Shown piece after piece: positions 19,544 to 29,267 of a stretch of DNA of 64,000 nt (its first letter is position 1; every line of letters begins with the position of its first letter). The DNA is from a virus (Duplodnaviria; Caudoviricetes). Location of the stretch: positions 64,001 to 128,000 of IMG/VR virus record IMGVR_UViG_3300028048_001497; one strand, given 5' to 3'. The notes below the pieces were generated by a model that made no database searches, was not told the origin of the DNA, and saw nothing but the letters and a program-made list of their open reading frames with translations. Position numbers and translations under genes: made by a program.

Positions 19544-19943
19544 ATGAAGAATCGTAAAATTATAGCTAGTTTAAAAGATGATGTAGAGAGTTGTTTATCT
19601 AAAATGAATGTTTATGAATTAATGTCTATTGCTGATGCTTGTAATTCATATGTATTTCAATATGTAGATTTCTTTCCTATGGATGAATTAGATGAATTTT
19701 TAGAAACAAAAGATAAGGAAGAATGTTTTAGACTCGGTTGTTTTTCTGATTTTAATTTTTCAGATGATTTTGTTATGATTGATGGATATGGAAATCTTCG
19801 TTCTTGTTCAGAAAGTTATATCAAAGATTATATTGATATTGAAGATTTGGCAAATGATGTTTATTGAATATGGTGATAGTTCTGATTATCCTTCTGAATT
19901 AAGCGAAATTCTCGAAGATAATGAGGAAGAAACAGAAGAATAA
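19544..19943 (+). pseudogene. acidic phage protein with an apparent +1 frameshift near 19860 (ORF as read ends at 19867)
   Basis: removing one T from gtttatt continues DV-IEYGDSSDYPSELSEILEDNEEETEE* up to the next gene's RBS. Confidence 0.55.
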
Positions 19944-19958
19944 TAACGAGGTGTTGAA

Positions 19959-20195
19959 ATGAAACGCTTAGTTGCTATTACAAATGGTGATTTAAAATAT
20001 ATTGATGTTGAAATTAATCCTCTTGATGGAGAAGATATGATACCATTAAAGGAATTAGACTCGGCAGATGTAAAAAATTATCGTTGTCCTGAATGTGAAT
20101 ATTCTCCTTTAACAGATAAAGAAGGGTATTTGGTTTGTAAAAATTGTGGTACTGCATATAAAATTTTTGATGACGTTGTATATGTGGTAAAATAA
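19959..20195 (+). CDS. small zinc-ribbon protein
   Basis: CPEC...CKNC; GAGGTG RBS. Confidence 0.75.
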   Translation: MKRLVAITNGDLKYIDVEINPLDGEDMIPLKELDSADVKNYRCPECEYSPLTDKEGYLVCKNCGTAYKIFDDVVYVVK

Positions 20196-20197
20196 GG

Positions 20198-20722
20198 GTG
20201 ATGCAGATGAAACCTAGTACAATTTATCCTAGAATGACTTATTATACACGTGTTGTGGATAATGCTACAGGTGAACAGGTATTAGGTTATGCTAGTACCG
20301 CACAAAATAAAAAAATATATTATGGTCATTGTAATGGATTAAAAGGTGGAGAATCCGAATTTATTGTAGAGTTTGATATATGGAACAATGAACCTGCATG
20401 GGATGGTGGCACACCACAGTTAATTTGTCAAAACGCAAATAATTGTAGATTGCGTATTAATATACCTCCTGAAAGTCGTGATTTAAATCCTTTTTTATAT
20501 GCACGTTGTATTACGTATGATATGAAATCAGAATTTCAACCAGTAGATATGTCACATAGAGAATTAAAAGATATACAGGGAAATGCTTCGGACGAATACG
20601 GTGCTATATTAGGTGTATCAGACCATGCAACAATTCAAACAAAAATTAAATTGAAGGAAAATTCTCTTGTAAAGAACCATAAATATTTCTTTACATTAGA
20701 CTTTTTATACAATTATGAATAA
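20198..20722 (+). CDS. hypothetical (likely structural) protein
   Basis: 174-aa ORF in late operon; true start may be 20201 or 20207. Confidence 0.75.
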   Translation: MMQMKPSTIYPRMTYYTRVVDNATGEQVLGYASTAQNKKIYYGHCNGLKGGESEFIVEFDIWNNEPAWDGGTPQLICQNANNCRLRINIPPESRDLNPFLYARCITYDMKSEFQPVDMSHRELKDIQGNASDEYGAILGVSDHATIQTKIKLKENSLVKNHKYFFTLDFLYNYE

Positions 20723-21113
20723 TTTACATTGGGAAATAGAAACAAAAAATGGATTGATATTAAAAGAGTTTGTTAATGATTTTGTATCCGACCCGAAAGA
20801 AGTTAAATTAATGTATTTTACAGATGATGAAATATATTGTGGTATAAAAAACGATTTAACATTTTTTATTAATCATACAGAATTTAATCCAAAATTAAAT
20901 CAAAATATATTAAAATATTTTCAGTACAAAGAAAGTAAGATTGGTTTAATGGATGGTATGAATGGAACAATATATAATATTGGGGTAAATGCAGAAGATA
21001 ATTTATATACTTATCAATATACTTTACAAATATCAGAAACGAATATATGGTTAAATGCAAAGCAGTTTGATGGGTATAAACAAATTAATGAACGAAATAT
21101 TAAATTGTTATGA
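20715..21113 (+). CDS. hypothetical protein
   Basis: overlaps the upstream stop; 132 aa. Confidence 0.75.
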   Translation: MNNLHWEIETKNGLILKEFVNDFVSDPKEVKLMYFTDDEIYCGIKNDLTFFINHTEFNPKLNQNILKYFQYKESKIGLMDGMNGTIYNIGVNAEDNLYTYQYTLQISETNIWLNAKQFDGYKQINERNIKLL

Positions 21114-21127
21114 GAGGTGAAGATTGA

Positions 21128-21901
21128 TTGGCATATAGTAAACAAGTAACATTTCAAGCAAGTTTTGATGTTATAGGTAGACAATCTTCACATGAATGGA
21201 ATTGTTTTTTTGATATAGTATCTGATGAAAAATTTTTATTGGATTTGCATACAAATAATACTGTTATACATAATCCAACAAATTTAGATTTGGTTCGATA
21301 TAAAATAAAACCTGTAAGTGGTATATTGCAAAATAAAGATAAAAGTTATATTAATACAAAACTTGAATTTATTAAAATGAACGAAATTAATAGTTCATTT
21401 GGTAATGTAATATCTGATATTTGTTATACGGATAAAGGTGGTAGATATAACGCATATATCACTTCTGGAATTTATAATATAGATATTTTTATTAATAATC
21501 AGAAAATAACCAAAAGAAATGTGAATGTTCAAAGCAGATTAAAATATGAATATTATTTTACAGTAAGTGGAATGATATATAAAAAGTACAAAGACGTTGT
21601 CCAATTTCATGGAACTGATTATAAAATGATATATGGTAAATTGGTTGATAATAAAAATACACCAATAGAAAAAGCAGAAATTATTATTATAAACGATGAT
21701 GGATTATGTGTATATCGAAAAACGGATAATGATGGAAATTATAATTTTGCATTAAAAAATGGAAGATATAAAGTAAAAATTAGGTCTAAAAATTCTCCAA
21801 TAAAATCTACTGATATAGAATTAGATGATATGCATGGATTTGGAGAACAAATTGGTTCTAATTCAATTTTATTTAATAAAAAACAAATGATTTATTTATA
21901 A
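21128..21901 (+). CDS. putative virion protein with carboxypeptidase-regulatory-like domain
   Basis: IYGKLVD...PIEKAEI...KTDNDGNYNFALKNGRY. Confidence 0.7.
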   Translation: MAYSKQVTFQASFDVIGRQSSHEWNCFFDIVSDEKFLLDLHTNNTVIHNPTNLDLVRYKIKPVSGILQNKDKSYINTKLEFIKMNEINSSFGNVISDICYTDKGGRYNAYITSGIYNIDIFINNQKITKRNVNVQSRLKYEYYFTVSGMIYKKYKDVVQFHGTDYKMIYGKLVDNKNTPIEKAEIIIINDDGLCVYRKTDNDGNYNFALKNGRYKVKIRSKNSPIKSTDIELDDMHGFGEQIGSNSILFNKKQMIYL

Positions 21902-21953
21902 AAGCCTGCTATCAAAAATGAAGGAATGAATAAAAAATATGTGGTGATTTGAT

Positions 21954-22790
21954 ATGAACATCGAAGTTTTTCAAAAGGATTTAAATCCTCCTGTACATAT
22001 AGATATATCATATCCACGTGATAATCGTTGTTCGGTTATTACATGGAATGAAGTAAAAAATCCTGATGAACATAAGAAAATAAAAAAGGTAAAAAAAGTT
22101 TGTTATAATGTTTATAAAGGATTTACTCAAAATGGCATTTTTTATAAACAAAATAATAAACCGTTAGAAACTAATCGTTTTGAAGATTTTGGCGTATCAA
22201 ATAATCCACAAGTACAAAATTGGTATAAAGTATCTACAGTATATGAAACCGATGGAACATATATTGAAGGTAAATTATCACAACCTGTATGTTTTCAAGT
22301 ACATAATACAGACCGTTGGTTTTTGAAAATGAATGAACGTAGTTTATGGATATTAAAGAACACAGGTATGTTATTTGATTTGTATACAAGAAAGAAAGAT
22401 GGAGAACGTTGTCCACGTTGTTTTGACCCAATAAGAGGTAGAGCAGGTACATTAGATTGTCCGGTTTGTTATGGGACAGGATATGTTGGTGGATATGACC
22501 CTGCATTTCAATTGTATGTAAGATTAAAACCTGCTCAATCATCAATGGATGTAACACCAAATCAAATGATGGTATATAATAAACCATGTGGAGCATGGAC
22601 AATTTCAGATACGGAAATAAATAATCGTGATGTATTAATTTCACCAACAGGAACAATTTATCAAGTAATTAATTCTATGATAAACCAAGCTGGCGGTTAT
22701 TTATTTCATCAAGAATTGAATTTGAAACCATATGACCCGAATGACCCGATATATGATATGAAGCGTACAACTTTATACCCTAGATTATAA
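21954..22790 (+). CDS. putative neck / head-closure protein with Zn finger
   Basis: RCPRC...CPVCYGTGYVGGY as in large myovirus neck proteins; upstream of the sheath. Confidence 0.65.
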   Translation: MNIEVFQKDLNPPVHIDISYPRDNRCSVITWNEVKNPDEHKKIKKVKKVCYNVYKGFTQNGIFYKQNNKPLETNRFEDFGVSNNPQVQNWYKVSTVYETDGTYIEGKLSQPVCFQVHNTDRWFLKMNERSLWILKNTGMLFDLYTRKKDGERCPRCFDPIRGRAGTLDCPVCYGTGYVGGYDPAFQLYVRLKPAQSSMDVTPNQMMVYNKPCGAWTISDTEINNRDVLISPTGTIYQVINSMINQAGGYLFHQELNLKPYDPNDPIYDMKRTTLYPRL

Positions 22791-22794
22791 TGAG

Positions 22795-22825
22795 AAAGTC
22801 TACTATAAAATCATAGTAGACTTTT
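22795..22825 (+). terminator. intrinsic terminator
   Basis: aaagtctacta / tagtagacttt. Confidence 0.75.
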
Positions 22826-22912
22826 GTTTATATTTCGTTTTTTAATTACTTTTATATAGCTCTAAACAATTTTGATGATATAGAAACAAAAAATAAAGAT
22901 ATTAATAATGAT

Positions 22913-22926
22913 TATTTAATTTATAG
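22913..22926 (+). promoter_or_regulatory. putative phage late promoter TATTT-N6-TAG
   Basis: tattt aattta tag upstream of the sheath operon. Confidence 0.6.
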
Positions 22927-22957
22927 GAACAAGCGAAATCAGTATAAGATTTAGAAG

Positions 22958-23641
22958 GTGATTTTTTTGGGAATGTTGTTAGAAGATGCAATAAAACATA
23001 CAAAAGATGTTTTTATTACATTTTTAAGAGTATATTTTAATAATCCAAAAAATTATCGTAATAAATTACCTCGTCAAATATCTGATGAACATTTTACTAA
23101 TGCAGTATTTTATGATTCAGAACCAGAAGAATTACGTGAATTCCCTGTTGTTATTTTAAGCGCAGGAAATGGTAATATGGTTACAACTGGTTTGGGAGAT
23201 ATGGGACGAGAAGTCTTAGACCCACGTACAGGAACAGTTATAGCTTACCGTTATGAGGGTGTATATGAGTTTTCAATTACACTTGATATAGCTTGTAGAA
23301 ATCCTTTAGATAGAGAAGTCTTTACTGATTTAGTCGCAAAGGCATTAAGATTTTCTTTGCGTAGATATATCCAAAACCAAGGTATTATTATAAAAGATGC
23401 TTCTTATGCAGGAGAGACAACGGCAGAATATAATTCTGATAAGATTTATATATCTCAATTGAAATTCAATACGTGGTCTACTTGGATAGAAGATGTTGAC
23501 TTGCTTGACCCGAACGAGTTCAATATTCAAATTGAAACTGCCATGAAAATGGCAAAAGGGGATAAAGAAAAGCATACATATGATTCTGCATTGGTAGATA
23601 AAAATGTGAAAGATAATGGTGAACAAAAACCACCGTTATAA
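22958..23641 (+). CDS. putative tail terminator / tail completion protein
   Basis: position just before the sheath; FPVVIL and SITLDIACRNPLDRE fit tail-terminator folds; true start may be 22967 or 22973. Confidence 0.6.
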   Translation: MIFLGMLLEDAIKHTKDVFITFLRVYFNNPKNYRNKLPRQISDEHFTNAVFYDSEPEELREFPVVILSAGNGNMVTTGLGDMGREVLDPRTGTVIAYRYEGVYEFSITLDIACRNPLDREVFTDLVAKALRFSLRRYIQNQGIIIKDASYAGETTAEYNSDKIYISQLKFNTWSTWIEDVDLLDPNEFNIQIETAMKMAKGDKEKHTYDSALVDKNVKDNGEQKPPL

Positions 23642-23667
23642 ATAAATGAAATTGGAGGTATAACAAT

Positions 23668-25833
23668 ATGCCATATAGAGTACCTGGTGCATATGCGAGA
23701 TTTGTAAAATCTGCAAGCACAGTAAATAATGTTGGGCAAACTCGTGTTCTAGGTTTAATTGGCACGGGCGCAAATTATTTTGAAGTTTACAATGAAGCCA
23801 TAAAAAAGAGTGATTCTCAATCTTATGATTCATTGAAATATAAGAATGTTTTTGAAATTATTTCTGTTACAAATAAGGCTTTAAGTAATGGTGCAATTGT
23901 AAAAGGTTCTACTGTTTACAATGAAGGCGCAAATGAAGCCTTTATGTTAAAAGATGGTAATAAAATTGCATGGAATACAATTCAGGACGCAGAGTATAAA
24001 GTAGTTGCACAAGCAAATGAACGTTCCTTACAATTAAAAGACCAAATTACAATTATTCCAAATGATGATTTACAGTATCAGATTGTTGATGGTTCTTATA
24101 CATTAGAAATTACATATTTGGAAGATGCTTTTGACCATGCCGATTCAGCACACGTTAATTGTGGTTGCTATCGTGTAACAGATAATGCTTCTAAGAAAAT
24201 TATGGGTGAATGGTCAGTAAGTGATGATTTTAATATTGCTGCAATCCCAGGTTTAAAATTAAAGATTACTGATTTGTTTGTTCCTGATAGAGACGGCAAT
24301 TCAATTACAAAAGTTGGTGATAGTGTTACAATTAAAACACGAGCACCAAAAACAGAAATTGAACCACAAGTTGTTTTCGATGAAACAATTACACAGTATA
24401 GCCAAAAACTTCGTGAATCTTTCCTTCCATTGAACAAGGATAAGGTTGATGATGAATCTAAATATGAATATTTCATGATTGTTGATTCTTCTAATGTTGT
24501 TGATGGTCAGTTCGTTGTTCAAGTTACAGACCCATTAACAAAAGAAATCAAGATTTATCAAGAAGATATTGCAGGCACAGAAATTACACCTGCTCTGTAT
24601 GAGGGCGCAGTTGGTGCAGTTACAGAATATCTAAATGTAATCCCTGGTATTACATTCATGCTCCCAGATTTTGATAATACTGCAATTACAACAGGTGATT
24701 GTGTTCGTATTATTACAAAGAAAGCAGTCTTTGGTAAAGCAATCGCAGAAAATGAAGTCTATTATGTTTCTTATAAATATAAGAAAGCAGAAGAAGATTA
24801 TGAACCAAAGATTTTCTATACTTACGATGATGTGGTTCAAGAATATGGCAACTATGATGTTACGGCTTCTTCTGTTGTTACAAATTCATTATCATTAGGC
24901 GCAGAATTGGCTTTCCGTGCAGGTGTTACAACAATTTGTTGTGTACAAGCTAAGAACGATTCTGATTATGAAATGAATAAAGCAATTGACAAGTTACAGA
25001 AAGATGTTGCAGGTACAGAAAATGTTAATGCTATCGTTCCTTTAACAACTTCAACCGTTGTTGGTGCTCATGCACAGGCACACGTTGATGCTATGTCAAG
25101 CGAATCAGGCAGACATGAACGTATGGTTTATCTTTCTGCTTATCCTGGTCAGAAGATTAATAAAAATGCAACCGCAGCAGATAAGACATTGGGTATGAAA
25201 CAACAAGCAGAAGCATATAATGATGAACGTGTTGTATATGTAGTCCCTGGTCGTGTTGCTTATGATGTCAAGAATGTTCAAACAGGTCGTATTAATACAC
25301 GTACATTACCAGGTTGCTATCTTGCATTAGGTGTTGCAACAGTTGGTTTTACACATGATGTTGCAGAACCATTAACACGTAAGAAGATTGGTTGCGGATT
25401 CAAAGGACTTCTTGATACATATACAGAAGTAGAAAAGAACGCACTTGCAGAAAGTGGTTGCACAGTTGTACATGAAAAGAGTAATGCTCTTGTAGTTCGT
25501 CATGGTATTACAACTTGTGATGATGAAGTTAATACAACAGAAATTACACTTATCCAGATTAAGGACTATGTAATTGCGCAGGTTCGCAAGACTTGTGATG
25601 AATTGTATGTCGGTATTAAAAACCTTCCATCTGCTAAGAGTAATGTTCAGTATTCTATTAATAGTATTCTTAGCCAGTTTGTAAGTCAGGAAATCATCTT
25701 AGGATATAGTGGCCCGACCGTTTCAGATTCACCAGATGACCCACGTGAAATCTTGGTTAAGTTTGAAATTGAAGCAGTATATCCATTGAATTATATTACA
25801 ATCTCCTTTGGATTTTCTTCAACAGGTTCGTAA
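23668..25833 (+). CDS. contractile tail sheath protein
   Basis: N-terminal YRVPGAY, EPLTRK, VRHGITT, C-terminal VYPLNYITISF; 721 aa. Confidence 0.92.
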   Translation: MPYRVPGAYARFVKSASTVNNVGQTRVLGLIGTGANYFEVYNEAIKKSDSQSYDSLKYKNVFEIISVTNKALSNGAIVKGSTVYNEGANEAFMLKDGNKIAWNTIQDAEYKVVAQANERSLQLKDQITIIPNDDLQYQIVDGSYTLEITYLEDAFDHADSAHVNCGCYRVTDNASKKIMGEWSVSDDFNIAAIPGLKLKITDLFVPDRDGNSITKVGDSVTIKTRAPKTEIEPQVVFDETITQYSQKLRESFLPLNKDKVDDESKYEYFMIVDSSNVVDGQFVVQVTDPLTKEIKIYQEDIAGTEITPALYEGAVGAVTEYLNVIPGITFMLPDFDNTAITTGDCVRIITKKAVFGKAIAENEVYYVSYKYKKAEEDYEPKIFYTYDDVVQEYGNYDVTASSVVTNSLSLGAELAFRAGVTTICCVQAKNDSDYEMNKAIDKLQKDVAGTENVNAIVPLTTSTVVGAHAQAHVDAMSSESGRHERMVYLSAYPGQKINKNATAADKTLGMKQQAEAYNDERVVYVVPGRVAYDVKNVQTGRINTRTLPGCYLALGVATVGFTHDVAEPLTRKKIGCGFKGLLDTYTEVEKNALAESGCTVVHEKSNALVVRHGITTCDDEVNTTEITLIQIKDYVIAQVRKTCDELYVGIKNLPSAKSNVQYSINSILSQFVSQEIILGYSGPTVSDSPDDPREILVKFEIEAVYPLNYITISFGFSSTGS

Positions 25834-25878
25834 TTAATTTAATTAAGTTTTAATATGAAAATTGGTAGGTGATTTTTC

Positions 25879-26517
25879 ATGGCATTAGTCAATGGTACGC
25901 AATCAGCGTATACATCTGATACTAATAAATGGCTAAATACCCAACGTGCTACAGGTATGGTAGGTATTTTGGACAATAGTGCATCATTACCTATTACATC
26001 TACAAACATTGAAATTTATTGCAATAATCAGAGAGTAGGATTTATTCAATCCTTTGCTCCTTCTGAATCACGTACAATAACTCCTATTCAAGAGTTAGGT
26101 ACAGAAGGTGTTGTACAAATGGCACCAGGTAATACAAATGGTGGACAAATTTCCATCAACCGTATTGCACTTTTCAATGGTAATTTGTTTAATGCTCTAG
26201 GTATGACACAGACAGGCCAATTTGCTCCATATTCTACACAAATTCCTGGTAATGCAGTTGTTCAGGGTGGTACGGCGAATACATTAGGTAATCCTTTTAA
26301 GAACTTGAAGGAACAACGTGTACCACTTGAAATTCAGGTTAAAACAAAAATGCCTGATATGGCAACAAAAGCATATTATGTGGAAACATATATTGATTGT
26401 TGGTTAAGTGCTTATTCAAAAGCAATTACTGCTTCACAAATTACAGTTGCAGAAACTGCAACAATCGTATATTCAGATGTATATTCCGATTATGTAACGG
26501 CAAAAGATAGCAATTAA
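25879..26517 (+). CDS. tail tube protein (paralog 1)
   Basis: follows sheath; VGFIQSF..SESR, YIDCWLSAYSK. Confidence 0.8.
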   Translation: MALVNGTQSAYTSDTNKWLNTQRATGMVGILDNSASLPITSTNIEIYCNNQRVGFIQSFAPSESRTITPIQELGTEGVVQMAPGNTNGGQISINRIALFNGNLFNALGMTQTGQFAPYSTQIPGNAVVQGGTANTLGNPFKNLKEQRVPLEIQVKTKMPDMATKAYYVETYIDCWLSAYSKAITASQITVAETATIVYSDVYSDYVTAKDSN

Positions 26518-26532
26518 GGGGTGAAGTAGAAT

Positions 26533-27210
26533 ATGGCTTATGATGCAAGTAAACATTTTAACAACTTTGGTCAGAACACTTCTACGAATACCCATCGTGC
26601 TACGAGAAATGATATTCGTGTTGCAAATAATACAATGCAACCGACTTCATCAAATGATAACTCGTTAATTACGACTTCTACAAATATCTTTGTCTATGCA
26701 AATGGATATATTGTGGGAATGATACAAAGTTTTAATGTTAGTGAAACCAGACAGGTTAATAAACTACAAGCAATCGGTTGGGAAGGTGTTGTACAGGCAG
26801 TTCCAACAAACTACCGTGGTGGCACATTACAAGTAAACCGTATTGCATTATATGAATCTTCTATTTGGAACGCTATTGGTTTAACAACTAATGGTCGTGC
26901 TTTCAATGAAGTTGGTAGTAAAGTTTATAAAGAAAAAGATGGTACATCTAACAATTGGGATGCTCCAACATTGGAAAACGATGATGGTGCAGATAGCTAC
27001 CATGTAAATACACGTAGAGTATTTAAAACTTTGAAAGACCAAAAAGTTCCTTTGGAAATTCAAACAAAAACAAGACGTAATGGTTCTGATGATGAATTTT
27101 ATGTAGAAACTTACATTGATTGTTGGTTGGCTTCTTATTCAAAATCATATACAGTACAAAATATCACAGTTGCAGAATCTGCTTCAATTGCTTATGCAGA
27201 TGTCTATTAA
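26533..27210 (+). CDS. tail tube protein (paralog 2)
   Basis: VGMIQSF..SETR, VPLEIQ, YVETYIDCWLASYSK; clearly homologous to paralog 1. Confidence 0.8.
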   Translation: MAYDASKHFNNFGQNTSTNTHRATRNDIRVANNTMQPTSSNDNSLITTSTNIFVYANGYIVGMIQSFNVSETRQVNKLQAIGWEGVVQAVPTNYRGGTLQVNRIALYESSIWNAIGLTTNGRAFNEVGSKVYKEKDGTSNNWDAPTLENDDGADSYHVNTRRVFKTLKDQKVPLEIQTKTRRNGSDDEFYVETYIDCWLASYSKSYTVQNITVAESASIAYADVY

Positions 27211-27217
27211 TATACAG

Positions 27218-27250
27218 GAAAAGAAATATCGCTATGATATTTCTTTTCTT
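27218..27250 (+). terminator. intrinsic terminator
   Basis: gaaaagaaatatc / gatatttcttttc. Confidence 0.75.
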
Positions 27251-27256
27251 ATATTT

Positions 27257-27270
27257 TATTTTATAAATAG
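27257..27270 (+). promoter_or_regulatory. putative phage late promoter TATTT-N6-TAG
   Basis: tattt tataaa tag. Confidence 0.55.
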
Positions 27271-27294
27271 AAAAATAAAAAAGGATGGATAAAT

Positions 27295-27531
27295 ATGAAA
27301 ACAATTAAATGTGTACTTGATGTAGATTTTGATGATATAGAATATTGTGCAAATGATAGAGCAAGAAAATTTTTACGGAAAGTTGAAGATTTAGGATTAG
27401 AAGACCAATTTATGGATATTTTTGATGAAGAGACATTTGATGAAATTCTTAATTGTTTAAATAGTGATTTAGGATTAAGAATGATATGTCATTGGATGGA
27501 TATTCCTGAGAAAGATTATTTAGATGTATGA
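27295..27531 (+). CDS. small acidic protein (probable paralog of 34038..34289)
   Basis: shared DFDD..C...A...L...ED.G....FM pattern. Confidence 0.75.
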   Translation: MKTIKCVLDVDFDDIEYCANDRARKFLRKVEDLGLEDQFMDIFDEETFDEILNCLNSDLGLRMICHWMDIPEKDYLDV

Positions 27532-27535
27532 TGAT

Positions 27536-27566
27536 AAAGAGGAACAATGAAATGTTCCTCTTTTTT
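27536..27566 (+). terminator. intrinsic terminator
   Basis: aaagaggaaca / tgttcctcttt plus T run. Confidence 0.8.
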
Positions 27567-27928
27567 ATATAATATTTTGGTGATAAATATGTCTAAATTC
27601 GTTGATTTGACAAATCAAGTTTTCGGTGATTTGACGGTTATAAAACGTGCAGAAGATAGATATGGTAGAACAAGATGGTTATGCAGATGTTCCTGTGGAA
27701 AATATGTAGAACGATATGCGTATGATTTAAAACATGGAAATACAACATCTTGTGGTTGTAAAAAATATGAGAAAATATCAAAAAAAGAAAAATTACACGG
27801 TATGTCTAAGACAAAATTTTATAAAAAATTTTATGGAATGAAAAGTCGTTGCTATAATCCAAATAATAAACGATATAAAAATTATGGTGGTAGAGGAATT
27901 AAAGTAGAATGGAATAGTTTTGAAGAAT

Positions 27929-28105
27929 TTGACATCTTTCCCCACCTAAAGAGGTGGGGGATTCCTACTTCTTTGACCGTAGCGTATGCGGTGAAACCGC
28001 ATGAGGTATGGCGTAGCCATGCCTTTGGTACGTCTTACACAATCTCCATAGGCTTAGTTTTATACTGATTCCGCAAGCCCTGCGGTACAGTTTTTATATG
28101 GTTTA
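27929..28105 (-). ncRNA. omegaRNA (reRNA) scaffold of the TnpB element
   Basis: structured region between the tnpB stop and the right end; conserved in the MITE at 49.1-49.3 kb; 5' boundary approximate. Confidence 0.65.
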
Positions 28106-29215
28106 GGCTACTGAAAGTAGCCTTTTACCTTCTTTTAAGATATTTATGCTTGCGTTTATATCTCGGTCATGCGTAGCATGACATTTCGGACATTCCCATT
28201 CTCTGATTGACAAATCTTTTACTTTTAGATTTTTATATCCACAAGAACTACAAATCTGAGAACTAGGAAAGAAAGTATCTACCTTTACTACTTGGCAATT
28301 GCATTGCCATTTTGCTTTGTATTCAAGCATAGTAACAAATTTATTCCATGAAGAATCCTGAATACTTTTAGCTAATCTATGATTTTTTACCATATTTTTG
28401 ATTTTTAAATTTTCAATAGCTATGACTTGGTTTTCATCTACTATCTTTCTTGAAAATTTGTGAAAGAAATCATTTTTAAAATTGGTAATTTTTTCATATT
28501 GAATAGCTAATTTAATTCTTCTTTTTTCATGGTTTTGAGATTTAGGCATTGTTCTTGAAAATTGTTTTTGCAATCTTTTTAATTTCTTTTCAAGTTTTTT
28601 AATATGCTCTGTGTCCATGTGGTACTTCGTACCGTTGGACAGGATAGCAAAATCTTTAATACCCAAATCAATGCCAACTTCGTTGGTTTGTGAGACACCG
28701 TAGGTGTCTTTTTCTTCCACAAGAAGTGAAACAAAATACTTATTAGATGGTGTCTTTGACACGGTAGCATTTTTGATTATTCCATTGAAGAATCTACTCT
28801 GCCTTACTTTTACAAGAGTTTTGAGTTTAGGCAAGCGTAGCTTGCTATTCTCAAATCTCACATTATTATTTGTTGTAGAAGTAGTATAAGAATTCATTCC
28901 ATGTTTTTTATGAAATTTTGGAAATCCTGCTCTTTTTTCAAAGAAATTTTTATAAGCGGTTTGCAACCGCTTTGCAGACCAAAACAACGAATTTGAATCA
29001 CTCAATTTCAACCATTTATATTCAGGATATTTTTTTAAATCTGTAATGTGTTTTGTCATTTGAGAAAAATTCATAGATTTCTTTTCATTTTGCCAAAGGT
29101 CTTTTCTAAGACCTAACAAATGATTGTAAACAAATCTACAATTCCCAATGTTTTGGTCAAAAAATTGTTTTTGTTCTTCATTAGGATATAATCTAAATTT
29201 GTATGCTTTTAGCAT
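28103..29215 (-). CDS. tnpB: RNA-guided endonuclease TnpB
   Basis: [12 protein letters not shown]; Ruv[20 protein letters not shown]; Zn finger CSSCG..CPKC; catalytic D-E-D intact. Confidence 0.96.
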   Translation of the reverse strand: MLKAYKFRLYPNEEQKQFFDQNIGNCRFVYNHLLGLRKDLWQNEKKSMNFSQMTKHITDLKKYPEYKWLKLSDSNSLFWSAKRLQTAYKNFFEKRAGFPKFHKKHGMNSYTTSTTNNNVRFENSKLRLPKLKTLVKVRQSRFFNGIIKNATVSKTPSNKYFVSLLVEEKDTYGVSQTNEVGIDLGIKDFAILSNGTKYHMDTEHIKKLEKKLKRLQKQFSRTMPKSQNHEKRRIKLAIQYEKITNFKNDFFHKFSRKIVDENQVIAIENLKIKNMVKNHRLAKSIQDSSWNKFVTMLEYKAKWQCNCQVVKVDTFFPSSQICSSCGYKNLKVKDLSIREWECPKCHATHDRDINASINILKEGKRLLSVA

Positions 29216-29238
29216 TTTGTTTCACCTCCTTTGATTTA

Positions 29239-29267
29239 ATTGTATCACTATTTGCAAAAATAGTCAA
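29239..29267 (-). promoter_or_regulatory. sigma70-type promoter of tnpB
   Basis: TTGACT-17-TACAAT with TG extension on the minus strand, followed by AAAGGAGGTG RBS. Confidence 0.7.

Noticed and set aside
19865-19876. TGA readthrough or genetic-code reassignment as the cause of the short 19544 ORF
   Set aside because: Readthrough meets another TGA two codons later, and many genes use TGA as a stop; a frameshift fits better.
27547-28068. 173-aa ORF as an intact gene
   Set aside because: Its start lies in a terminator hairpin and its last ~46 residues are read-through into the IS right end; it is the 5' part of the interrupted HNH gene.
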